A stretch of 64,000 nucleotides of DNA, taken from positions 96,164,001 through 96,228,000 of the forward strand of contig NC_086108.1 in the NCBI RefSeq assembly GCF_963921235.1, in the 5' to 3' direction. The stretch comes from Mobula hypostoma (taxonomy: Eukaryota). The notes below the pieces were generated by a model. The model worked only from the letters and a program-made list of their open reading frames with translations, had not been told where the DNA came from and did not search any database. Below, in pieces: positions 25,158-38,786 of this stretch; position 1 is the first letter of the stretch, and every line of letters starts with the position of its first letter. The position numbers were made by a program, and so were the translations under genes.

Positions 25158-26220
25158 GTCATGGGTTGTACAGCACATTAAAGGGGCTGTTAGACCATTA
25201 CATCCATGCCAACAATTGTGCCTGCCGATATTAATCTAATTTGCCTTCATTAGATCTGTAGCCTTGGTCTTGAATATCAAATACCTGTCCTGTTGCCTTT
25301 AAATATTGTGATCACATCTGTCTTCACTGCTTGCCCTGGAAATGTTCCAGATACCAGCCACACCCTCTGATTCACTCTAAAATTCCTCCCTCTCACCTTA
25401 AACCTATGCCATCTCAGCTGTTTCCCAACCCTTCTATAGGAAAAGAACTCTTATTATCTACCCTATCTATGCCTCTCATAATTTTATATACCTCTATCAG
25501 GTCACCTCTCTTCTTACTTAGTTCCGGGGAACATAAACACTATCTGATCTCTCCTCTTATGAAGGCCTTCCAGTCCAGGCAACACTTCGTAAATCTCCTC
25601 TGCATCCTCTGCAGCGCAGTCACATCCTTCTTTGAGTGTGGCGACCAGAGCTGCAAGCAATTTTTCTTGTGTGGCTTAACGAATGTTTTGTAGAGTTGCT
25701 ACGTGACATCAATATTTGCATTCTATGCTACATTCATTGAAGTCAAGCATTGCCATGTGCTATCTTCACCACCCTATCAAACTGTTGCCACTTTCAAGAA
25801 ACTATGTACTTGTACCTTAGGGATCTCTGTTCACCAACACTCCGTTAGGCACTGTGTAAGTCTTGCCTTTATTTGACTTTTGAAAATGAATCATCTAGCG
25901 CTTGTTGGGATTAAATTCCTTTTGCCATTGCTCCACCCAACATTCTATATCCTGATTTATAGCATTTGACAACCTCCTTTGTCCCTGTCATGCCACTAAT
26001 TTTTGAGTTATTTGATAATTTAGTAATCATACCTCCTACATTCATGTCCCAGTTGTTAATATACAGTATATATTAACACAAAACTCAAAGATCCTTGTTG
26101 TATACCCTCGGTCAGAGATAACCAATCTGAAAAGCAACCATTTGCTATCATTCTTGGCCTTCCATTACCAGGCCAACTTAGGATCCAGTTTACCAGTCTG
26201 CCTTGAATCCTATGCATTCA
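25158..26220 (-). mobile_element. CR1 LINE 3' portion, old
   Basis: ctatctatgcctctcataattttatatacctctatcaggtcacctctc is the reverse complement of RGDLIEVYKIMRGID. Colinear with 18070-19600. Confidence 0.8.
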
Positions 26221-28299
26221 AACTAGTAACTTTGTGCTCCTCAGAAAACATCAGTAGTAAATACTAATTATTCACATTTCAGTATTAAATGACATATTAC
26301 CTTACAGATACAATAGTTACACTCAATAATAAAATATTTTTGTATTTTTTTAAAATGCATTTGATTATCAAAGGAATTATTTCCTGTAGCTTTGCATGGT
26401 TTTAATTCATATTTCAAGCTATGACAAGCACTGAGACCTAAGATGATGTTTCATTGAACTTGGATTAATTTAGCATGAATTTTCATGTTGAACCTTTAAT
26501 AATACCATGAATTTCAGTCAGACATATCAACCTAAGGGATTTGCAAATAATTTTACCGTGGAAATTACCAGAGGCATCAACAGTTAAATGAATAATCAGT
26601 TGATAAGATGGCTGTCTGCATTTTTTTAAAGCAAGCATTGACCTGTTTATTTTAAATGGGTTACTATCTCAGAGAAGGAATCAGAGCAGTGAATTGCTTG
26701 TGAGTATGTTAAGTATTTGTCTGATACCAAGCCAAAAATAATTATTAGAATTGAAAGTGATGTCTCAAAGAGAATTAAGTATGTTTTGGTATTTTGAATT
26801 TGCCAGAGAAAGGTGTTTTGTGATGCAAGGACACATTCAAATGCAGAGTACTATGAAGGTTGACAGCAAGGTGGAGGGTACCATTCACTTTTCCTTGTAA
26901 CTGTAGATTCAGCATTGAATTTGTAATACATATAGTGAAAATTATTGTATCTTTCAGACATATGAAGTGAGTTTTTAAAAACTGCCAAAATGCCTTTTTA
27001 TTGGAAGCAATACTAATCAAGAATGTACCTCAGAAAATAGTTATAAAAATAAATTAATTAACACTATGTATTTAACACAGAAGAAAAATATGAAGTGAAT
27101 TCTTTTAAGCTTAACTGGCTACTGTGAAGTTCCCATCAAAATAATGAGAAAAGAAATTATAGGTACTTGAGAGACAGTAAATTGCAAGGCTAGAGGTGGG
27201 GGTGGTAAGTTGGACTGGCGTGAAGTAGGCTGGACCCAATGGAACAAACAGCCAAATAATTGTAATAATTTGTATATATTTCCCTTTGTTTTCTTCAAAA
27301 CATATTTATTTTAATTTTTGTGCCTCTGATGGGGAATTCATGCTCAGTGGGACCATGGAATAGAAACTTCGGTGCATGATGTCACTATTGTGAAATGACA
27401 TTTATTGTGTTAGAATTTCCAGCATTCATTCTTGCCTGGTTAGCCTTATGCACTTTAAAGCAAAGCCAGAGGGGAAATCCCTGGAACTTTCACCTTGTTA
27501 GAATAAATTTCTTTCTCATCCAGTTGACTATGTCAAATGAGTTCCACTTAACTGTGACTCTGTATCAGCCTGCCACTGTCCCCAATTCTACATTGACCCT
27601 AGAAATGCTTGTTGATCCCAAGGATGTGTAAAGCATGACCTGACAACATTAGGAACTGATTCAGGTTTGTTTCCTTATCACACAATTTAGATTAGATTTA
27701 GATTAGGTTAAATTATTAGTTTTAAAAAGATTGTTGATGGGGAAATTCTCCAGTTGACTGACAGTCAAGCTTCACCCAGTTCTTTAAGAGTTAATTCACT
27801 ATCCAGTAACTTTGATAAGCCTACAGGCATAAGCATGAAAATCTCAATGGCCATTGGTGAGAATATAAGAGGGTGCAGGCAGATGCAGATGTTTATGTTT
27901 TGGAATGTCCATCTATGTCTATGCCTATTCAGCACTGTCAGTGCTATTAGGAATGGATTATAAGTGTTACCACTGGACAAGATTGATGGATTGATTGGTA
28001 GGAAATCTTAAGTTTTCAGAAGTTCAAATTTAATTCATATTAATAATTTATTTCTACAAATGTTAGGTGGTTGTTTGAACAAAGCATAGTTCCCATTAAA
28101 AAGGAATTGGGAGTCTACGTTTATTACCAGATCAGGGCCATTTTTATACATTTAGCATAGATTTGAACATAAATTGTGACACAGGCAGGAAAGCTAAGAA
28201 CATTGGAAAGTTTATTATCTACAGTATTTTAAAAGTAGTCACAAGATTGCAAGAAACCATACTAAGGATGAAAATTTAATCAATCATTAATATAACCTT

Positions 28300-28897
28300 A
28301 AACATGAGAAGATCTGCAGATACTGGAAATTCAAAGCAACATACACAAAATGCTGGAGAAACTTAGCAGGTCAGGTAGAACCTATGGAAAAGAATAAACA
28401 GTCAACATTTCAGGCTGAGACCCTTCTTCAGTACTGAGAAGGAAGGGGGAAGAAGCCAGAATAAGAAGGTGGGGGGGGGAGGGGAAAGAGGGTAGCTAGA
28501 GGGTGAAAGGTGAAGCCAGGTGGATGGGAAAGGTCAAGGGCCAGAGAAGAAGCAATCTGATAGAAAGCATGGTGGACCATAAGAAGAAGGGAAGAAGGAG
28601 AGGACGCAGGGGAAAGTAATGGGCAGGTGAGAAGAAGCAACAGGTCAGAGTGGGGAATGGGGGGGTGGTATTTTGTTTATCGTAGGAAAAAGCTATATTA
28701 ATACCATCAGATTGGAGGGTACCCAGATGGAATCTAAGGTGTAACACACACAAAATGCTGAAGCGACTCAGCAGACCGGGCAGCATCTATGGGGGTGGGG
28801 GGAGTGGCGTGAAGTACAGTCAGCTTTTCAGGCTGCTGCAGATTCTCTCTTGTTTGGAATCTAAGGTGTTGCTCCTCCACCCTGAGAGTGGCATCAT
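28300..28897 (-). mobile_element. Penelope 3' fragment containing a nested mini-copy (28743-28854) with 15-bp TSD
   Basis: Colinear with 16180-16560 and 61016-61520. Exact repeat tggaatctaaggtgt at 28728-28742 and 28855-28869. Confidence 0.82.
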
Positions 28898-29667
28898 CTT
28901 ACATTTATTCTTTGGACTAGAAATGCCAAGCTCCTGCAGGAAGAGAAAAAGTAAAATCATGCTAGTAAGCATTGTTTTGAAAGATCAAAATGATCAGAAA
29001 ATGTTAAAAATTGAAATAGTTGACTAAGGTAAACACCAGTGCTTAAATATTTGAGTAGCAGGCTACTAAATTAAAGAGGGAGGCTGAATAAAGGTAAGAG
29101 TGGAAACACGGAGAAGCAAAATGAAAATTTTACTCACAACTGTGATGGCCACATTAGAAAGAATAAAGATGGAGAAAAAATAAATAGCCTAAAGAAAATT
29201 CTACTGATATAGGCGTTAATCGTTTCACTCCTGCTCCAGAGTAGAGAAATACATAAGAAACAGCAGAAAACTAAGATTTAAGCTGTATGCTGTTGTTCAT
29301 CAAGAATTTTAAATCTATACAATTTCTTTACCACTCTCCAACTCTTAAGCGAACTGATATTGAAACCATTTTCAACCCGAGTTAAATGGCTCCTTATAAA
29401 CTTTATTGTATTCATTGCCCATTCTTCTATCTGCTTATATCACTGACAATTTTGTTGCTTTATTTTTACAAAACACAGGCACTAGCAAGCTCATGCCTTT
29501 GCAATCCCATGCCTTTACACTATGCTTGACTGTCCATCTACAGTCTAACTTTTTGAAGCAAAGCCTAATTTTGGCACAGATAAGGAGATGGCTAGAGTGG
29601 ATTAACCTCTCCAGCATGCTGGAAAAGGAGGGAGAGCATTGACACAATACTGGTAGGTGATAAACTG

Positions 29668-30540
29668 TAATCAGAATCAGAATCAGGTTTAATATCACCA
29701 GCATATGTTGTGAAATTTGTTTTCATGCGGCAGAAATTCATTGCAATACATAATAAAAAAAACTGTAAATTACAATAAGTATTTATATATTTAAAAAGTT
29801 AAATTATATAAATAGTGCAAAAAGAGGGGGGAAAAGTAGTGAGGTAGTGTTCATGGGTTCAATGTCCATTCAGAAATCTGATGGCAGAGGGGAAGAAGCT
29901 GTTCCTGAATCATTGAGTGTGTGCCTTCAGACTCCTGATGGAAGCAGTGAGAAGAGGGCATGTCTTGGTTCATGGGGTCCTTGATGATGGATGGTGCCTT
30001 TTTGAAGGATCTCTACTGGAAGGTGTCTTGGATCCTGGGGAGGCCAGTGCCTATGATGGAGCTGACTGAGTTCACAACTTTCTCTAGTGTACTTCGATCC
30101 TCTGCAGTAATGCAGCTAGTAGAATGCTCTCTATGGTTCATCTGTAGAAATTTATGAGTGCCTTTGGTGATATATCAAATCTCCTCAAACTGCTAATGAA
30201 ATATGCTGCTGTTTTGCCTTCTTTGTAATTGCATTGATATGCTGGGCCCAGGATAGAAAGGATAGATCCTCAGAGATATTGACACCTAGGAACTTGAATT
30301 TGCTCACTCTTTCCACTACTTATCCCTTGATGAGGACTGGTGTGTGTGCCCTTGTCTTACCCTTTCTGAAGTCTGTGATCATTTCTTTGGTCCTACTGAC
30401 ACTGAGCGCAAGGCTGTTGCTGCAGCACCACTCAACCAGCTGATCTTTTTCACTCCTGTACGCCTTCTAGTCACCATCTGCGATTCATCAGCAAATTTAT
30501 AGATGCCATTTGAGCTGTGCCTAACCATGCAGTCTTGAGC
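29668..30540 (-). mobile_element. Rex1/Babar-type LINE 3' portion
   Basis: (aatcag)n tail at 29668-29686. Colinear with 52090-52600 plus 53160-53440. Confidence 0.78.
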
Positions 30541-30570
30541 AGCACAAAAAAAAACATCAAGCCAACTTAA

Positions 30571-30704
30571 ACACAGGCGATTCTGCAGATGCTAGAAATC
30601 AAAAATGATACACACAGAATACTGAAGGAACCAAGCATGTCAGGCAGCATCTATGGAGAGAAATTGGGAGTGTACATTTTGGTCCAAGACCCTTCATCAG
30701 GACT
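30571..30704 (-). mobile_element. Penelope-derived mini-insertion beginning at hammerhead stem I
   Basis: Ends ...gacccttcatcaggact. Flanked by gccaacttaa (30561-30570) and gctaacttaa (30707-30716). Confidence 0.78.
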
Positions 30705-32268
30705 TGGCTAACTTAAGTAGTTGGCAATTTCTGTTTGTATTCCTGTAGGTGTTACCAACTAACATTCGTCACATGATCTTTAAAAAGTGATTATTTATTT
30801 TGCTAGAACAAAGCATGTTTTAATATTTTTGCCACACTTTTCACCAGTCTGGTGCAAGTTCCAATACCTTACTACTTTCACTTGCCAGCTATTTTGTATC
30901 ATTACCACATAGCTAAAACATTTTACTTCCATATAACTTCTGAGGAATATTTGTCTGAAAATAAGTTTTTGTAGTTCAGCTTACAACAGCTGTTGAAGTG
31001 TAGACAGCTTATGTTGCAGTGAAATCTGATATAACTCAGGATATGCTTCCAAGCCCTTCGATTAATGTAAATTTGGAGTAGTTGTTGTGAATGGTCAATC
31101 GAGTGGTTTATTGCTGCAGTCGTACAATATTAACTGTTCAATCAGTTTACAGATTGATTGCACACATTTTCATCTGTTGTAACTCAATTCCAGGTTGAAT
31201 TGTCACCTTTGTGGGAGAAACAAAATGGCATTTTAAAGACCCTGTGTACTTTGATCATTTTCAACATTTCTTTCTGGTCTTGTGATACAATTCAAATTGT
31301 TTTAGCAGAACCTGAAGGCCTGAATCAGGGAATTGTTTTTATAGTCGGTTGCTGTGGCAATTCTCAGCCTTGCATGGAACTATCGTCTCCTGGGAAACAA
31401 AACTTGTGCAGCTGTCTTTGGCCTATTGACATCAAGTATGTCTATTATGGGGCCTCAGTTGAAATGTTTTTTCTGACTTTGTTACTATTGTCTGAGTAGG
31501 ATAGACAAACAGAATACATTTTGAGTTTACACAAAATTGTCACATATCCTTTTGTGAATGGCACAAAGGTTAAGTCTTCTGTAGATTTGAGTAATTCACT
31601 ACATCAGATAAGGTCAGTAATGCTGTTTTCCTTCTGTCAAGTACTGTGAAATAAATATTTTCAATTGAAATGTTTAAATGGATTTTAATTTCTATCTTCT
31701 GATAGATTGTTTACTGAAAGTATGTGATAGGATTGAAAGCATTGCAAAATCTGGTATCACTGTAACCCTGAATTTTCAGAGCACTATGCTCTCTCTGATT
31801 ATCTAATCGGCAGTGAGTGTGGTTATCTGAGAAGATGGGCCTTGTCTGGATGAATGGGGCCTTTCAGGCAGTTCCCATTGGAGCAGTAAAAGCAGCAGAG
31901 CAATAGGGCCTGTGCCAGGTGACCAACACCGTATTTTGTATTGACTGTACAGCTCGGCTGGAATGAAATTACCAGTTCTAAAACTTGGACCTTTGTCTCT
32001 GACACTCATAATAATTTCTGCAAATAACTGAAATTGGTAATTATTAATAAATTGTTGCATGACAGCTGCAAAATTGTTCTATGTTAGGAGTAGATTCTCA
32101 GTAAGGCAGCTTTACTTTTTATGGTGTGCTGCAGTACCACAAAGTAGTAGAATACCTTCACAGTTTAGCCAAGTGTACCTTTTTCAGCAAAAAGCAAGGA
32201 AAAATCTTGTAAAAGTGAAATCAAATGAGAGATTAGGAAAGTAAAGAGAGTGTATGAAGCCAAAAGGG

Positions 32269-32862
32269 CAACACACAAAATGCTGGAGGAACTCAGCAGA
32301 TCAGGTAGCATCTATGGAGGGAAATAAACAGTTGGTGTTTCGTGTCGAGCCCCTACATCAGGACTAGAAAGGAAGGGAGAATCCAGAAGGGGGCTTCTAC
32401 CTACTGAAAGGTGAAAGAGTGGATGTGGAGAGGAGTGTCTAAGACCAGAGGACACAGTCTCAGAATAGAGGGGTTTGTTTTTAGATCAGAGATGAGGAGG
32501 AATTTTTTCAACCAGCAAGTGGTGAATCTGTGGAATTTGTTGCCACAGGCAGCTGTGGAGGCCTAGTTTTTATGTATATTTAAGGCAGAGATTGATAGAT
32601 TCTTGATTGGTCGGGGCATGAAGGGATATGGGGAGAAGGCAAGAGATTGGAGCTGAGTGGAAGATTGGAAATGGCAAAGCAGACTCAATGGGCCAGGTGG
32701 CCTAATTCTGCTCCTATGTCTTATGGTCTTTCCCCCTTCCTTTCCAGTCCTGATCATCCCAAAAAGTTGATTGTGTATCCCCTGCATAGATGCTAAATGA
32801 CTTGCTGACTTCCTCCAGCATTTTGTGTGTTGCTCTGGATTTCCATCAGCTGTAGAATCTCT
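32269..32862. mobile_element. Inverted pair of Penelope 3' termini enclosing a CR1 3' fragment (about 32405-32729)
   Basis: caacacacaaaatgctggaggaa... at the left end and ...ttcctccagcattttgtgtgttg near the right end are reverse complements. Confidence 0.78.
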
Positions 32863-34268
32863 ATTGTTTATGAAACAATACTGATGTGCAATAGCACAGA
32901 AAATCTAAATCCAAACACTTTTAACAAGTTTGAAAAATATAACAAAAGGATGACTAAGGATTGAGTAGGGCCTCTTAGAGAGCAAAAATGTAACCCATCT
33001 GTGGAAGCAGAGGATGTGGGTGGCATTCCTGTGAAAATTTTGCAATTATGTTCACAAAAAGGGGGGAGCATGCCAATGTTATAGTTAAGAAAGACAAGTG
33101 TGAAAATACTGGCCAGGATAAATGTAATAAAAAGAGGATTGATTAAAGGGTTTACTGTGTTTGAAAATTAATAAATAGCTTTGCTCAGATTAAATATACC
33201 CCAGAAACCAGAAAAGAAATCATGGAGATTCTGACGTATTTTTCAATTCCACTGGCTACTGGAGATGCACCAGTAAATTTGAGGGCTGTTAGCAGTTTAC
33301 TAATGTTTAAAAAAGAGAGGAAGAGATAAATTAGCTATTTTTTTTGAGGAAGTAACAGCGATTGAGGGCAGTATACTTGATGATGTCTACATTGATTTTA
33401 TCAATTCTTTTGACAGTGTCTCATAAGAGCATGGAAAGTTGGTTTTGAAATTGTATTAGTGACAGCATGCAAAGTGTAATGGTGTTTTTATGACTGCAAG
33501 CATGTTACCCGTGATCAGTCCCTACTATATTTATTCATGATTTAGTCTTTAATGCACTTCCGGTCAAGATGGCACCAAGCTGTGATGTGCGTTGAGGTTG
33601 TGGCTGAGACTTAGTTGTTTTTTAGGTTCATAAGGATGATTTTGGAGAGAGAGTGGAGAGTTAATGGTCAGGTGTCCTGTTCCTCACATGGCGCAGGACA
33701 CAATCAAAGGCAGTGATAAATGAGTTTTGGGTGTTAGGTGAAAGATATGTTCCTGTGACTGCTTAATCACGCTGTGTGAGGATGTTCTCAATTTTGACTC
33801 TTGTCACCACAGTTTAATGAAAAACATTTTGCAGTACTAACTAAGATATACTATTATAAATCACTACGGCTGTGTTAATACTTAAAGTATAAGTTACGAA
33901 AATGATTGCCATTCTTTTAAATGTTTAATGCTATCTTTTCCAAGCTTCTGATTCCATCTACTCTACACTAGCATTTTTTGACTCCTAGTTGAAGTAGTTA
34001 AGCTGGGGATATCTTCTTCACTAATGAGCCCTTTTAACAGATAGCAGCAAATACAATTTTTAAAAAAAGAGACAACAGTTGTTTTATTATTTCTTAAAAA
34101 TGTGGGGCTGTGTATTTACTAACCTTTCACAAAGATGGCAAATAGTTTGAAGACTAACATCAGCAAAGACAATCATAAAAACTATGCAATAAATGAACTT
34201 GCACAATAATTTTAAGGCTACTTTAGCTATAATAAATGACAATTATTCTCTTTCACTCTTTTCAAAAG

Positions 34269-34406
34269 GTGACACTGAACTTGAGACCCATTTCCTCAAT
34301 TGAAGTCCATCAGAAGTCTGTGGTATTTGTGTTGAATTCCCCAAGACCTGTGGCTTGGATTATAAAGGCAAAGCAGCTGGCACCAGAAGTAAAACGTTTG
34401 TTCCAC
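34269..34406 (+). CDS. TGFBR3: TGF-beta receptor type III (betaglycan) internal coding exon, 138 bp, phase 0/0
   Basis: Pyrimidine tract and ...ttcaaaAG acceptor, GTAAGT donor. Translates VTLNLRPISSIEVHQKSVVFVLNSPRPVAWIIKAKQLAPEVKRLFH, matching my recall of human VTLHLNPISSVHIHHKSVVFLLNSPHPLVWHLKTERLATGVSRLFL. Absent from the ORF track because it has no start codon. Confidence 0.93.
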
Positions 34407-35499
34407 GTAAGTTGATATGACTCAGTTAACAAGACGCAAAAAGAAAGTAGATGGTGTGCGATATAAAGAAAGTTGATAGAAAAAGATGTTAAAATGGTTC
34501 TAAATATTTTTGGGCATTGTTTTAAAGAAATCTTTTTTTTAAAGAAATGGCCTTTGTTGTTTTCCATGATTAAGGCGGTGGAAAATATTTACCATTATTC
34601 AAATCAACTTTTGTATCTGGTGTAATGACAAGAAACTTTCCCAATCTGTACTTAATTTGACATCTTTGGGCAGTTAGCCTCTGATTTTTAAAAATTCTGC
34701 AATGCAAAATTACAAGCTAATGATCTCAATCTAAGGTGGTGATAGAGTCTGATACAATTTAAAAGACTGTTAGATAGGTAAATGTATGTAAGAAAAAATG
34801 GTGGATTATGGGCTGCATTAGGGAAGGGTTAGATCGATCATTGAGCAAGTTAATATAGGTTGGTACCAAATCTTGGATTGAAAAATCTTTTGCTGTACTG
34901 TTTTATGTTCTAAACATAAAAGAAATCGTACCTTTTCTTTTCAAAATACAACGAAGTTTGGCCTCCTATTTTTTACTTCCATATTTTACCTCTATAATTT
35001 TTTAATGTTCTTTATTTCAATACTAACCTAAAAATTAAAGGCTTCAAAATAAAAGGCTGAGGTGTAGCTTAGTTATAATAATGTTTGTCCATTGAACAAA
35101 GAAAAATTACTTGCAAAAATCCAAATCAATCTAAAGTTTGGTTTAAGATTTTCTAGTGTTCAAACAGAATTAATGGATACTCAGAGAAGACAGTATACCT
35201 GGAAGAATTAAAGTCATTCCATTTCACAATTCTGGACCCAATAAAGACGAATAGAATAATTTGTCAGATGCAAAGTTTTAAATTGATACAAATTTTGAAG
35301 GCAAAATTATTCAACAATTGAATTATTAAAATTAAAGATAGATATTTAGTTAATTTAAGAGTCTAATTAATGCAGAACCTTTTAACTCTTGTCGGGATGT
35401 TTCAACACAATTTGTGTCAATGAATGTGCCTTGAAATGTGTTCACTGACCATGTAAGTTTCTACTTGGCAAACAAAAATAGAGGCGTGACCATTTAAAA

Positions 35500-35749
35500 C
35501 ATGCAGAGAAATTTCTTTAGCAGAGGATGGTGGATTTTTGGAATTTATTACCACAGGCAGCTGGGGAGGCTAGGTCATTGGGTGTATTTAAGGCAGAGCT
35601 TGATATGTTCTTGATTGGACATGGCATCAAAGATTACGGGGAGAAGGCCGGGAGGGGGGAAAAATGGATCAGCCATGATTAAATAGTGGAACAGACTCGA
35701 TGGGCCAAATGGCCTAATTCCACTACTATGTCTTATGGTTTTATGGTCT
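35500..35749 (+). mobile_element. CR1 3' end
   Basis: agaaatttctttagcagaggatggtgga...tttaaggcagag...gactcgatgggccaaatggcctaattc...tcttatggttttatggtct. Confidence 0.78.
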
Positions 35750-38651
35750 AAAAATGTATTACATAGAGTAATGAAATCATTGACTAGTCAATCTGTTTTT
35801 GTTGACGGTGCTTAAGTGGAAAACGTTGTCCAAATAATCTACTTTTTGTGTAAGAACATAAAATTACGTTTTAGGATTTGCAATGTCTGAGCAAATTGGT
35901 ACTGAATTGAAGTGTACGTCTAGACTATGTCCAGAACCAAGTCCGGACACTGCAACTTTATGACTTCAAGAATGAAAAATTCTACCAACTTAGCCAAATT
36001 GCAAAGGTGCTCTTCCAGATGTTTGGGAGACTATAATAAGCTTCATTCTCTGTCTAGCTATGATAGATGCTGAACTTGGGTGCCAAGAGTACAAAAAGTG
36101 ATTTTTCAGTATCCAGGGCTTCACTTAACTCAGACAAACGTTGTCCAGACAAACAAATTCTGCAGACCTTTGTTCAATTTAGCAGCTTTACCAAGTACAT
36201 TTTAATTGGCATTAGTAGTTGAAGTATGTAAGTTTCCTTCAATTGACATTGAAGCATAGCTATCTGGCTTTCAATCCTTCTTTTTGGCAGGAGGTTATTT
36301 GGTGATCAAGAAGAAAAAATGTTCACCGAATACAAATGAGTCTGTATTATGCATGAGGCTGTTTAGGATCAAAAGTCCTGCACTATGAACTTTATAAAAC
36401 AAATCTAATTAATAAGGAACATTTTTAACACCATGCATTCACTCTGGGTTGACATACATTCCCTATTTTACCTTTAGCAGTTTATTTACCACTTTGGCAA
36501 CAATATATCATAGCTGGTCATCTTCTCAACTCTTTCCCTCACCACACAAACACAAACACAGACACACACAGGCACAGACACTCCCACACCTCTGCACCTG
36601 AATGGAATTTGAATCAGGTGTAGTTTATTCTTTTTTTAATATATATACAAAATACCTACATTCTTTGAATCTGGATGTAGTCCCATTAAGCAAATACTGG
36701 AAACATCCCCATTAATAGTAAATTGTGTGCACATGATGAAGGTTCTCGGAAAGGAAAATTAATGCAGACACACTACCCACAATCTTTTAGGCAATATGCC
36801 CAAAGGACTGGCGTGGAATCACAGAAATGAAGAATTAGTTATTTTAGCTGAGCATATGGAAGAACCACAAGTTAAGTTTCCAGATAGTACGCATGTTTAT
36901 ACAAGTACAGGATAATAGCTTAAGTTTTCAGTCTCTCTTTAGTTTTCTTTGAATAGCACACCTAAATCTGAAGAACCGTATCTCTTTCCTTTCTGTGCAG
37001 CAGCCGATGAGAACACAGAAAGCAGCCAGAAAAACTCTGTAATAGACTTTGTTTTCAGACTTTTGAGCCTTTTGGTAAACATGGAAAATATCCAAATAGA
37101 ACCTTCCTCACTACATCAATTCAGTAAGAGTCATGATCCAGACAGCTCCAGAATTTGTTTCCTCGCCAACTAAATAGTTACTTGGCATTCAAAAAACAGC
37201 TGGCATCCTTGCTGTCATAATACTGGCAGAGCTTATATTAGTTCTTGGGCTGCTGGTGGCTGATCAACACTTTTACCCATTAGCCCACTCCACCAGTCCC
37301 CACCACCACTACTTTCACAGCAGCCACTCCTCTCCACAGCCCCTCAGCACCCTTCATTCCCCCCCATCCCATAAACTGCCACTTTACACTTACACTCCAC
37401 ACTTTAAGCTAATCTTGCGTACATATGGCTACATAGTTACTTGAACATTGTGCTTTATAGGATTGTTTATTTGTTGTGTTTCATGTTTATTCTGTTTTTT
37501 ATGCTGCATTGTATCTGGAGGAACAAACATTTTGTTTGTTTTTATCCTTGTGTACTAAAGAATGAAAATAAACAATCTTGAATCCTTTCTTTTCCTTGTA
37601 AATAGCCACCTTATCCCTAACCTGCCATTTCTCCTAAAACCTGAATAATAGATTACTTAGCTATCTATTCCCTGTCCAAGTACAGTTTCTTACTTGTGTT
37701 TAGCAGTAGAGTTATTGATCAAAGGTTCAGTTAAAAACATATAAAAGGGCAAAAAAACAAACACTGTCTCTTATGCATCTTCCTTGATGTGTCTGATCCT
37801 CTAATGTAAATTGTGTTTGATGTAAAGGGTGTTGAATATGTGGAATAGACTCTCCAGGTAAGTTGTGTAGGAAAAGCCATAGGGGAAAATTTAAATAGAT
37901 ATTGAATTTGTGGCCGAATGGCGCCAGAATACAAATGCACCTGATCAAGTAGACTGATTTTTTTTGGCATTTCTGCTATTTGCTGTGTTGCTACTGCACC
38001 CTTTGGTGTATTTTCTTTTCATCCCCTAATTATTATTTACACCACCTGAAAAGATACTATCGATAATCATACTTGCTTCTTACTTGTAAGAAGTTCTACT
38101 TGACACCATTCCCTATCTTTCACTGTTTACTGTGCTCCAAAGATGCTACCTGACTTGCTGAGTTCATCCAGCATTTTGAAAATATTGCTTAAGATTTCCA
38201 GCATCTGCAGGATCTCTTGTGTTTATAATCCCTACCTTTCTCTGTTTATCTTCTGGAATTATAGTCAGTTTGCTGCTTTACATTGTACATACCAAACTGA
38301 AGTTGAGATGAGTTCAAACACCTTGCAGTGATTTCTTTCTATAAATTGAAACAATAGTGTTCAGCTTTTGGCCTAGTCATAGACAATGACCTATCAATTT
38401 CCATGCATCCTAGTCAGGCTGAACCTGGTTTGCTTTACATGCGAACTTAACTTTAGACATTATATCAAGGCTATTGTGTGAAAATAACTGTTTGATTAAG
38501 GTTATTAAATTGGCATCATGAAAATGTAAATGAACATTTATGAAAAAGGCAAAAAGGATTTTTTAAAAATCTTATCTGATTTGACAATTCGAGAGACAAA
38601 TCATATAAATATTTCCTCTGAAAGATTGTTGAAGTATTATAACAATGCTTA

Positions 38652-38786
38652 CACACAAGAGATTCTGCAGATGCTAGAAATCTTGAGTAACACACAAAAT
38701 GCTGGAGGAATTTGGCAGGTCAGGCAGCATCTATGGAGGGAAACAAACAGTCGATGTTGTGGGCCAAGACACTTAAACAGGGCTAT
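38652..38786 (-). mobile_element. Penelope-derived mini-insertion with 9-bp TSD
   Basis: Same terminus as 30571-30704. caatgctta at 38643-38651 and 38787-38795. Confidence 0.75.

Noticed and set aside
36541..36590. CA-rich tract
   Set aside because: Ordinary decayed microsatellite.
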